Part shown: in pieces, positions 51,152 through 61,474 of the stretch | Layout of the letters: each line of letters begins with the position of its first letter | Numbering within the stretch: the first letter of the stretch is position 1 | Source of the DNA: Tubiluchus corallicola | Lineage: Eukaryota; Animalia; Priapulida | Length of the DNA: 64,000 bases | NCBI GenBank assembly: GCA_030141605.1 | Contig: JAQGDQ010000226.1 | Location: 186,001 to 250,000, forward strand | Direction of reading: 5' to 3' | Made by a program: the position numbers and the translations under genes | Notes under the pieces: model-generated | Databases searched by the model: none | The model's input: only the letters and a program-made list of their open reading frames with translations | Told to the model about the DNA's origin: nothing

Positions 51152-51963
51152 CTGCTGTAACTGCAGGAAATTTGTTAGTTCTGATGGCAGTTTATAAGAT
51201 TTCTCGTTTGCAAACTAAAACAAATGCTCTCATTGCATCACTTGCAGTAACTGACTTAATTGTTGGTTAATCAATGCCAGTAGAGATTACTGCGATGTTG
51301 TATCCGGTTCTGAAATCAAATGCAGTATTTGTAGCGGTGTAGCACATATTTGAATTGGGATTGTTATATGCAAGCACATTTCACCTGTGTCTGATAGCAG
51401 CTGAAAGATACATAGCTGTTGTTCATCCATTCAAGTATCACAGCATCGTGAGAAAAGAAGCCATTGTTGCTGCACTTTGCATTACATGGATTGTTGCTTT
51501 CATTGAGGCAGTTATTAATGACATCATCAGAATCATCTTCAAAGCGCAGAGTCTTTTGATTCTTGATGATATTTTAGCATTTTATTTACCAATGTTCTCG
51601 ATTCTTGTACTGTATGTCCTAATTTGGAAAACTGCAAGAAGTCACGTTTTACAGATACACAGTCAGTATCAGGGAAGCCAGGCAAACGTGATGCAAATGA
51701 AAGCAACAAAAACTTTAGCCATTGTTACCTTTGCTTTTCTAGTATGTTGGGGACCTGAGTATGTGTATGAGACGTTTTGTTACATATTTTCTTATGAAGA
51801 GGAACATAGTAGTACGATATCGATGCCATTTGGACTTGGATTAACCAACAGTGCCGTTAATCCAATGATATATGCATTTTCTAATACTGACTTTAAATGG
51901 CTTTCAAGGAAATTTTATTTTGACAAACAGTATCAGAAAATTGCATTAATCACATGCAACTAA
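51152..51963 (+). pseudogene. GPCR copy 8 (type B): lacks N-terminus; TAA 51268-51270, TAG 51340-51342, C-terminal frameshift
   Basis: Near-identical to 49684-50148 over the shared part; continues to CWGPEY and NPMIY, then DFKWLSRK. Confidence 0.88.
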
Positions 51964-52782
51964 CATTCCTAACATAGAGCGTACATGTAAACAGCATTTT
52001 TGAATAGGAATAGATGATCGAACGCATTCTTGAGGCAAGTGGTTATTATATGTGCTTAGCAACCATTTAAGCAATGTTGAGACTGTCTAGATTAATGGTG
52101 ACTAGTTGCAGTACTTTAGTTGTTAGCAGTACCATTTGGGGTTTGCAGTGTCCCGAATCATGTAATAAGCTACTGACAAGATAAATTGCAACACCAAATT
52201 TTGTAACGATGTAAACTGACTTGTTAATAAATGCATTACAGATGAATAAATATTTAAATGATGTCAACTGTAGTAATGTCAAAACGCAGACACTAGATTT
52301 AACAATTTTTGTATATAATGCCAAATAATGAGATTTTTCACAACCTCCAATGAAAATAGTGATAGTTTTTTGTTTAAACGTACTTATTTGTTTCCATTAT
52401 CACGTGTAAAGCAGTTATGCTACTTGACCAAAGATTTTTCTCAATGTGTTACAAACGTAAACCAGTTTTGTACCCAACTAGCTAGAGAAAATTTGTCTAA
52501 ACAATTTGTTGACATATTAAATAAGAGTCTGTTATTGTGTTTAAACTATATATTGCATGCGCTGTTGTATCTATCCTTATTGTATTGATAGTGGTATAAT
52601 ATATTGATATTGAACATGTTATTACAATTGGTTTTTTATCGTGTTCAGTGAAATGTTTGCAGTAGGTAATGTTTTACCTGTCAATTCTGATCAGAAATGA
52701 AAAGAAATGAAAGGAAGTTTGCACAGGTGTGGTAATATGTATGCATTACAGACACCTAACTGTTGAAGCGCTAAAGTAGTCA

Positions 52783-53240
52783 CTGTAGCGGATAGCCCTA
52801 TAGGCTGAAGCCTAAGGCCCGGGATCAAAAGGGGCCCGGCAAAATAAAACGAAAAAATTTTTTTTTGTAAAAAAAAATAAATTGACAAAAGAGCAAGGGG
52901 CTCTTTTTTTTCAAAAGTCAGTCACTATATTTCAAATCGGGTTTACACAAATCAAGTTTACACAATTTAAGTTTACACAATTCAAGTTTACACAATTCAC
53001 GTTTACACAGTTTAAGTTTAAGTTCAAAATTTCAGTTTCCGAATTTTTCTGGGGGCAAAGTCATTTATAATTTCTGAAAAGTCCATTTTATCACAATCGG
53101 TGGGCAAAAACTCACAAAATTAAACAAACTTACAAACGACGAGAGCTCCACAAAAACACGTCAGCTCAGCAGTGTAGCAACATTTAAAAGGCCCGTTCCA
53201 AGCTCAAGCCTAAGGCCCATAAAATCATAATCCGCCGCTG
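52783..53240. mobile_element. hAT-like MITE inserted in a 75-bp repeat unit
   Basis: Exact 8-bp TSD AGTAGTCA (52775-52782 and 53241-53248); ends CTGTAGCGGAT...ATCCGCCGCTG; internal 15-bp AAGTTTACACAATT repeats. Confidence 0.88.
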
Positions 53241-54223
53241 AGTAGTCATTGTACAATAGTTTCACAGGTGGGATAATATGTACACATTTCACACACCTAA
53301 CTGTTGAAGTGCTAAAGTAGTCATTAGACAATAGTTTCACAGGTGGGATAATATGTACACATTTCACACACCTAACTGTTGAAGTGCTAAAGTAGTCATT
53401 AGACAATAGTTTCACAGGTGGGATAATATGTACACATCACATGCATTAACTGTGGAAGTGCTCTTTCACGTGGCACTTTGTTTTTTGTGATTGGACATTT
53501 GTTTCCTATGTGCTGTAGGAGATATGTTATGACTCCTGTATTTCACAAATCTCTCAGACTTAAATCTGCAGGCCTATGTGTCGTCTTTCCCTGTGTACAT
53601 ATTTTTTAATCCATCTTATAATTGGTTTTAACCACTAACTCTCATTTATTGTTTATCATTTGCTGTGTCCAACTAACGTTATAGACATTTTCATGTGTGA
53701 AATAAAATTGAAATTTAATTCAAAACTTATGTAGGTGTGGTAATGTTTATTGTATGCATCTACGAAGTCATCCAGCCAGAAATCAGATGTCATACACCTA
53801 CTCTCTAAGCTAGAGAAAATTTATGGCTACCGTCTAACAATACATATTGCTCTTGCCTAATAGCTGAAATGTTTTCGTGAACCAAAGTAAACTTGCAAAG
53901 TAAAGAGCAATTGTTCTGCCGATGTGCTTTGTGTCTATAAAATTCTATGGCTAAAAACATTATCATTGTGGCTTTTTAATATAAATGACATTATATTGGA
54001 TCATTGTGAGAATGACTGTGTATAGTTTGATTGTATTTCTGATAATGCTTTTCTTGTAAATGTATTTCCCATTTGCCGTTGCAATGAAAATACAACACGG
54101 ACATTTGCTAAAGTCAACTGAATGCTCGGCTACCTGTTCATTCTGTCTTTTGTGACAGGTGTGTTTATCAATGAAAATGCTCTGCTTTTGCAAACCTTTC
54201 TGACTTTTTTCGAATGCGATGCT

Positions 54224-55129
54224 ATGAACATGAACACGTCTTCATTTTTAGTTGATTTTGCTACCAAGGACATTACAGAAAACGGGGTTACATTTTTAGC
54301 AAAGTCTGTGATATCAATAAAAGTTCTGCTGGTAATACTATTAGGTATTTCTATAATAGGTGGAAACTTTTTAGTTCTGTTTGCAATTTGTAAGTTTCCT
54401 CATTTACAAACTAAAACAAATGTTCTTGTTGCTTCACTTGCTATAACTGATTTACTTGTTGGTCTATCAACACCAGCAGAAGTGACCACAATGTTGTATC
54501 CAGCTGTGTTGTCAAACCAAGTGTTTGTATTGGTGCTGTTCATATTTGAAGATGGAATGGTTAATGCAAGTGCATTAAACTTGTGTCTGATAGCAGCTGA
54601 AAGATATGTGGCTGTTGTTCATCCATTCAAGTGTCACACCATCGTGAGAAAAGAAACCATTGTTGCCGCACTTTCCATTACTTGGATTTTTGCTTTAACT
54701 GTGGCAGCGGTTTGTGTTATTTTCACGTTCATTTTCAATAAACATGGTCTGTTAGTCGTTGATGCCACTTTAACATTTTATTTACCGATGTTTACGATTT
54801 TTGTACTGTATGCCCTAATTTGGAGAACTGCAAGAAGGCACGTCTTGCAGATACACAGTCAGGGTCTAGAAAGCCAGGCAAACGTGATGCAAATGAAAGC
54901 AACAAAAACTTTAGCCATTGTTACCTTTGCTTTTCTGGTATGTTGGGGTCCCTCTTCTCTGTATCAGACATTTTGTTATATATTGTCTTACGAACTTAAA
55001 TATGAAATAGTTGAGTTTTTATATGTATTTGGATTTATCAACAGTGCCATTAATCCAATCGTGTATGCACTGTCTAGCACTGATTTTAGATGGGCTTTCA
55101 AAAAAATGTTGCTTTCACGTGAATTGTAA
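54224..55129 (+). CDS. Intronless class-A GPCR, copy 9, intact (ORF open from 54122)
   Basis: Full 7TM with ERY, CWGP, NPIVY. Confidence 0.92.
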   Translation: MNMNTSSFLVDFATKDITENGVTFLAKSVISIKVLLVILLGISIIGGNFLVLFAICKFPHLQTKTNVLVASLAITDLLVGLSTPAEVTTMLYPAVLSNQVFVLVLFIFEDGMVNASALNLCLIAAERYVAVVHPFKCHTIVRKETIVAALSITWIFALTVAAVCVIFTFIFNKHGLLVVDATLTFYLPMFTIFVLYALIWRTARRHVLQIHSQGLESQANVMQMKATKTLAIVTFAFLVCWGPSSLYQTFCYILSYELKYEIVEFLYVFGFINSAINPIVYALSSTDFRWAFKKMLLSREL

Positions 55130-55557
55130 AACTTAATGCGAAAAACTTTCACGTGAATTGCTTTCACTTAATGATAACTGCATTAATAGCATGAAACTGA
55201 GAAACCGCGCAGGTGAGCAAGATTCTTCAAATAGAGCACACAATTGACTAAGTTTTTTGAAGCGAACAGCCGAGTAATGTTCCAAAGATGTGCTACAAAA
55301 TTGAGCAACCCAACCAGCTAGAGAAAATCTGTATAGTTTAAACAATTTGTTGATACATTAAATAAGAGTCTGTTATTGTGTTTAAACTATATATTGTATG
55401 CACTGTTGCATTTATCCTTATTGTATTGATAGTGGAATAATATATTGATATTGAACAGGTTGTTACAATTGGTTTTTTATCGTGTTCAGTGAAATGTTTG
55501 CAGTACGTAATGTTTTACCTGTCTATTCTGATCAGACATGAAAAGAAATGAAAGGAC

Positions 55558-56130
55558 GTTTGCACAGGTGTGGTAATACGTCCACATTTCAGACACCTAA
55601 CTGTTGAAGCGCTAAAGTAGTCATTGGACAATAGTTTCACAGGTGTGATAATATTCACATTACAGGCACCTAACTGTTGAAGTGCTAAAGTAGTCATTGG
55701 ACAATGGTTTCACAGGTGTGGTAATACGTCCACATTTCAGACACCTAAGTGTTGAAGCGCTAAAGTAGTCATTGGACAATAGCTTCACAGGTGTGGTAAT
55801 ACGTACACATTTCAGACACCTAACTGTTGAAGCGCTAAAGTAGTCATTGGACAATAGTTTCACAGGTGTGATAATATTCACATTACAGGCACCTAACTGT
55901 TGAAGTGCTAAATTAGTCATTGGACAATGGTTTCACAGGTGTGGTAATACGTCCACATTTCAGACACCTAACTGTTGAAGTGCCATAGTAGTCTTTGAAC
56001 AATAGTTTCACAGGTGTGGTAATACGTACACATTTCAGGCGCCTAACTGTTAAAGTGCTAAAGTAATCATTGGACAATAGTTTGACAGGTGGGATAATAT
56101 TCACATTACATGCATTAACTGTGGAAGTGC
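55558..56130. repeat. 73/75-bp tandem repeat, 8 units, upstream of GPCR copy 10
   Basis: CACAGGTG anchors at 55563, 55638, 55711, 55786, 55861, 55934, 56009 and 56084 (last one GACAGGTG). Confidence 0.93.
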
Positions 56131-56734
56131 TGTTTCACATGGCACTTCGTTTTTGTGATTGGACATTTGTTACCTATGTGCTGTAGGAGATGTGTTATGA
56201 CTCGTGTATTTCACAAATCTCTCAGACTTAAATCTGCAGGCCTATGTGTAATCTTTACCTCTGTACATAATTTTTTAATCCATCTTATAATTGGTTTTAG
56301 CCACTAACTCTCATTTATTGTGTCCAACTAACTTTATAGACATTTTCATGCGTGAAATAAAATTGAAATTGAATTCAGAACTTACGTAGTTGTGGTAATG
56401 TTTATTGTATGCATCTATGAAGTACATCCAACCAGAAATCACATGTCATACACTTACTGTCTAAGCTAGAGAAAATTTATTGCCACCGTCTAACAATACA
56501 CATTGGTCTTGCCTAATAACTGAAATGTTTTCGTGAACCAAAGTAAACCTGCAGAGTAAAGTGCAATTGTTCTGCCGGTGTGCTTTGTGTCTATAAAATT
56601 CTATGGCTAGAAACATTATCATTGTGGCTTGTTAATATAAATGACATTATATTGGATTTTTCATGACAGGTGTGTTTATCAACGAAATTGCTCTGCTTTT
56701 GCAAACCGTTCTGACTTTTTTCTAATGCGATGCT

Positions 56735-57715
56735 ATGAACATGAATACGTCTTCGTTTTTGGTTGATTTTGCTACCATGAACACAACTGAAAGTGGGGTT
56801 ACACTATTAGCAAAGTCTGTGATTTCAATAAAAGTTCTGCTGCTAATACTATCTGGTATTGCTATAACAGCTGGCAACTTATTAGTTCTGATTGCAATTT
56901 GTAAGTTTCCTCATTTACAAACTAAAACAAATGTTCTTGTTGCTTCACTTGCTATAACTGATTTACTTGTTGGTCTATCAACACCAGCAGAAGTGACCAC
57001 AATGTTGTATCCAGCTGTGTTGTCAAACCAAGTGTTTGTATTGGTGCTGTTCATATTTGAAGATGGAATGGTTAATGCAAGTGCATTAAACTTGTGTCTG
57101 ATAGCAGCTGAAAGATATGTGGCTGTTGTTCATCCATTCAAGTGTCACACCATCGTGAGAAAAGAAACCATTGTTGCCGCACTTTCCATTACTTGGATTT
57201 TTGCTTTAACTGTGGCAGCGGTTTGTGTTATTTTCACGTTCATTTTCAATAAACATGGTCTGTTAGTCGTTGATGCCACTTTAACATTTTATTTACCGAT
57301 GTTTACGATTTTTGTACTGTATGCCCTAATTTGGAGAACTGCAAGAAGGCACGTCTTGCAGATACACAGTCAGGGTCTAGAAAGCCAGGCAAACGTGATG
57401 CAAATGAAAGCAACAAAAACTTTAGCCATTGTTACCTTTGCTTTTCTGGTATGTTGGGGTCCCTCTTCTCTGTATCAGACAGTTTGTTATATATTGTCTT
57501 ACGAACTTAAATATGAAATAGTTGAGTTTTTATATGTATTTGGATTTATCAACAGTGCCATTAATCCAATCGTGTATGCACTGTCTAGCACTGATTTTAG
57601 ATGGGCTTTCAAAAAACTTGTGTTTTCACGTAAATTGTCCCATAATTTCGTTAGTAGCATGAAACTGAGAAACTGCACAAGTGAGCAAAATTCTTCAAAT
57701 AGAGCACACAGTTGA
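56735..57715 (+). CDS. Intronless class-A GPCR, copy 10, intact, 326 aa with extended C-tail
   Basis: Full 7TM; N-terminus matches copy 12, remainder matches copy 9; tail reads into sequence that is 3' flank in other copies. Confidence 0.92.
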   Translation: MNMNTSSFLVDFATMNTTESGVTLLAKSVISIKVLLLILSGIAITAGNLLVLIAICKFPHLQTKTNVLVASLAITDLLVGLSTPAEVTTMLYPAVLSNQVFVLVLFIFEDGMVNASALNLCLIAAERYVAVVHPFKCHTIVRKETIVAALSITWIFALTVAAVCVIFTFIFNKHGLLVVDATLTFYLPMFTIFVLYALIWRTARRHVLQIHSQGLESQANVMQMKATKTLAIVTFAFLVCWGPSSLYQTVCYILSYELKYEIVEFLYVFGFINSAINPIVYALSSTDFRWAFKKLVFSRKLSHNFVSSMKLRNCTSEQNSSNRAHS

Positions 57716-57828
57716 CCAAGTTTTTTGAAGCCAACATCCAAGTAATGTTCCAAAGATGTGCTACAAAATTGAGTAACATCTTATGTGTAATAGATAGTCA
57801 GATTAACGTGCTTCATATAATGATGCAG

Positions 57829-58409
57829 AATTTGGAATGATGAATGCAAGTTCTTTTCATCTGTGCCTGATAGCTACTGAAAGATACATATCTGTTGTTC
57901 ATCTGTTCAAGTATCACACCCTCATGAGAAAAGAAGCCACTGTTGCAGCACTTTGCATTACTTGGGCTTTAGCTTTAATTCAGGCTGTTATTAATATTAT
58001 ATTGAGATTTATGTTTAAGATGCAGAGTATGATAATTCTTGACAGTATTTTAGTCTTTTATTTACCAGTGCTTATGATTCTTGTGCTGTATGCCCTAATT
58101 TGGAGAACTGCAAGAAGACACGTCTTGCAGATACACAGTCAGGGTCTAGAAAGCCAGGCAAACGTGATGCAAATGAAAGCAACAAAAACTTTAGCCATTG
58201 TTACCTTTGCTTTTCTGGTATGTTGGGGTCCCTCTTCTCTGTATCAGACAGTTTGTTATATATTGTCTTACGAACTTAAATATGAAATAGTTGAGTTTTT
58301 ATATGTATTTGGATTTATCAACAGTGCCATTAATCCAATCGTGTATGCACTGTCTAGCACTGATTTTAGATGGGCTTTCAAAAAAATGTTGCTTTCACGT
58401 GAATTGTAA
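57829..58409 (+). pseudogene. GPCR copy 11: 5'-truncated chimera (mid-TM3 to end)
   Basis: Starts abruptly after the 3' flank of copy 10; TM3-TM5 is divergent, and from about 58090 it is essentially identical to copies 9/10. Confidence 0.85.
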
Positions 58410-58903
58410 AACTTAATGCGAAAAACTTTCACGTGAATTGCTTTCACTTAATGATAACTGCATTAATAGCATGAAACTGAGAAACCGCGCAGGTGAGCAA
58501 GATTCTTCAAATAGAGCACACAATTGACTAAGTTTTTTGAAGCGAACAGCCGAGTAATGTTCCAAAGATGTGCTACAAAATTGAGCAACCCAACCAGCTA
58601 GAGAAAATCTGTATAGTTTAAACAATTTGTTGATACATTAAATAAGAGTCTGTTATTGTGTTTAAACTATATATTGTATGCACTGTTGCATTTATCCTTA
58701 TTGTATTGATAGTGGAATAATATATTGATATTGAACAGGTTGTTACAATTGGTTTTTTATCGTGTTCAGTGAAATGTTTGCAGTACGTAATGTTTTACCT
58801 GTCTATTCTGATCAGACATGAAAAGAAATGAAAGGACGTTTGCACAGGTGTGGTAATATGTATGCATTACAGACACCTAACTGTTGAAGCGCTAAAGTAG
58901 TCA

Positions 58904-59374
58904 CTGTAGCGGATAGCCCTATAGGCTGAAGCCTAAGGCCCGGGATCAAAAGGGGCCCGGCAAAATAAAACGAAAAAAATTTTTTTTGTAAAAAAAATAA
59001 ATTGACAAAAGAGCAAGGGGCTCTTTTTTTTCAAAAGTCAGTCACTATATTTCAAATCGGGTTTACACAAATCAAGTTTACACAATTTAAGTTTACACAA
59101 TTCAAGTTTACACAATTTAAGTTTACACAATTCACGTTTACACAGTTTAAGTTTAAGTTCAAAATTTCAGTTTCCGAATTTTTCTGGGGGCAAAGTCATT
59201 TATAATTTCTGAAAAGTCCATTTTATCACAATCGGTGGGCAAAAACTCACAAAATTAAACAAACTTACAAACGACGAGAGCTCCACAAAAACACGTCAGC
59301 TCAGCAGTGTAGCAACATTTAAAAGGCCGTTCCAAGCTCAAGCCTAAGGCCCATAAAATCATAATCTGCCGCTG
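58904..59374. mobile_element. hAT-like MITE, same insertion as 52783-53240
   Basis: Same TSD AGTAGTCA (58896-58903 and 59375-59382) and near-identical body with one extra 15-bp unit. Confidence 0.88.
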
Positions 59375-59965
59375 AGTAGTCATTGTACAATAGTTTCACA
59401 GGTGGGATAATATGTACACATTTCACACACCTAACTGTTGAAGTGCTAAAGTAGTCATTGGACAATAGTTTCACAGGTGTGATAATATTCACATTACAGG
59501 CACCTAACTGTTGAAGTGCTAAAGTAGTCATTGGACAATGGTTTCACAGGTGTGGTAATACGTCCACATTTCAGACACCTAAGTGTTGAAGTGCTAAAGT
59601 AGTCATTGGACAATAGCTTCACAGGTGTGGTAATGCGTACACATTTCAGACACCTAACTGTTGAAGCGCTAAAGTAGTCATTGGACAATAGTTTCACAGG
59701 TGTGATAATATTCACATTACAGGCACCTAACTGTTGAAGTGCTAAAGTAGTCATTGGACAATGGTTTCACAGGTGTGGTAATACGTCCACATTTCAGACA
59801 CCTAACTGTTGAAGTGCCATAGTAGTCTTTGAACAATAGTTTCACAGGTGGGGTAATACGTACACATTTCAGGCGCCTAACTGTTGAAGTGCTAAAGTAA
59901 TCATTGGACAAAAGTTTGACAGGTGGGATAATATTCACATTACATGCATTAACTGTGGAAGTGCT
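59375..59965. repeat. 73/75-bp tandem repeat, about 8 units (plus one before the MITE), upstream of GPCR copy 12
   Basis: Same unit as 55558-56130. Confidence 0.92.
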
Positions 59966-60568
59966 GTTTCACATGGCACTTCGTTTTTGTGATTGGACAT
60001 TTGTTTCCTATGTGCTGTAGGAGATGTGTTATGACTCGTGTATTTCACAAATCTCTCAGACTTAAATCTGCAGGCCTATGTGTAATCTTTACCTCTGTAC
60101 ATAATTTTTTAATCCATCTTATAATTGGTTTTAGCCACTAACTCTCATTTATTGTGTCCAACTAACTTTATAGACATTTTCATGCGTGAAATAAAATTGA
60201 AATTTAATTCAAAACTTACGTATTTGTGGTAATGTTTATTGTATGCATCTATGAAGTACATCCAACCAGAAATCACATGTCATACACTTACTGTCTAAGC
60301 TAGAGAAAATTTATTGCCACCGTCTAACAATACACATTGGTCTTGCCTAATAACTGAAATGTTTTCGTGAACCAAAGTAAACCTGCAGAGTAAAGTGCAA
60401 TTGTTCTGCCGGTGTGCTTTGTGTCTATAAAATTCTATGCCTAGAAACATTATCATTGTGGCTTGTTAATATAAATGACATTATATTGGATTTTTCATGA
60501 CAGGTGTGTTTATCAACGAAATTGCTCTGCTTTTGCAAACCGTTCTGACTTTTTTCTAATGCGATGCT

Positions 60569-61474
60569 ATGAACATGAATACGTCTTCGTTTTTGGTTGA
60601 TTTTGCTACCATGAACACAACTGAAAGTGGGGTTACACTATTAGCAAAGTCTGTGATTTCAATAAAAGTTCTGCTGCTAATACTATCTGGTATTGCTATA
60701 ACAGCTGGCAACTTATTAGTTCTGATTGCAGTTTGTAAGATTCCTCGTTTACAAACTAAAACAAAGGTTCTTGTTGCGTCTCTTGCTGTAACTGATTTAC
60801 TTGTTGGTTTGTCAACACCAGCAGAAGTGACCAGAGTGTTGTATCCTGCTGTGTTGTCAAACCAAGTGTTTATATCGGTGCTGAACATATTTGGACTTGG
60901 AATGATGAATGCAAGTGCATTAAACTTGTGTCTGATAGCAGCTGAAAGATATGTGGCTGTTGTTCATCCATTCAAGTATCACACCATCCTTAGAAAAGAA
61001 ACCATTGTTGCCGCACTTTCCATTACTTGGATTTTTGCTTTAACTGAGGCAGCTATTTATGTTATTTTCAAATACATTTTAAATGCACAAAGTCTATTAA
61101 TCGTTGATGTTACTGTAGCATTTTATTTACCAGTGCTAACGATTCTTGTGCTGTACACCCTAATTTGGAAAACTGCGAGAAGGCATGCCTTACAGATACA
61201 CAGCGAAATTCAAGGAAGCCAGGCAAATGTGATGCTGATGAAAGCAACAAAAACGTTAGCCATTGTTACCTTTGCTTTTCTGGTATGTTGGGGTCCCTGT
61301 TTTCTGTATCAGACAGTTTGTTATATATTGTCCTACGAAGAGAAATTTGAAATAGTTGAGTTTTTATATGTATTTGGATTTATCAACAGTGCCATTAATC
61401 CAATCGTGTATGCACTGTCTAGCACTGATTTTAGACAAGCTTTCAAAAAAATTGTGTTTTCACGTGAATTGTAA
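60569..61474 (+). CDS. Intronless class-A GPCR, copy 12, intact, 301 aa
   Basis: Full 7TM with ERY, CWGP, NPIVY. Confidence 0.92.
   Translation: MNMNTSSFLVDFATMNTTESGVTLLAKSVISIKVLLLILSGIAITAGNLLVLIAVCKIPRLQTKTKVLVASLAVTDLLVGLSTPAEVTRVLYPAVLSNQVFISVLNIFGLGMMNASALNLCLIAAERYVAVVHPFKYHTILRKETIVAALSITWIFALTEAAIYVIFKYILNAQSLLIVDVTVAFYLPVLTILVLYTLIWKTARRHALQIHSEIQGSQANVMLMKATKTLAIVTFAFLVCWGPCFLYQTVCYILSYEEKFEIVEFLYVFGFINSAINPIVYALSSTDFRQAFKKIVFSREL

Noticed and set aside
55558-59965. 73/75-bp arrays as CRISPR arrays
   Set aside because: Units are contiguous with no unique spacers, there are no cas genes, and the context is eukaryotic.
43590-60888. Recurrent minus-strand ORFs overlapping the GPCR 5' halves
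   Set aside because: Antisense shadows of the duplicated coding sequence.
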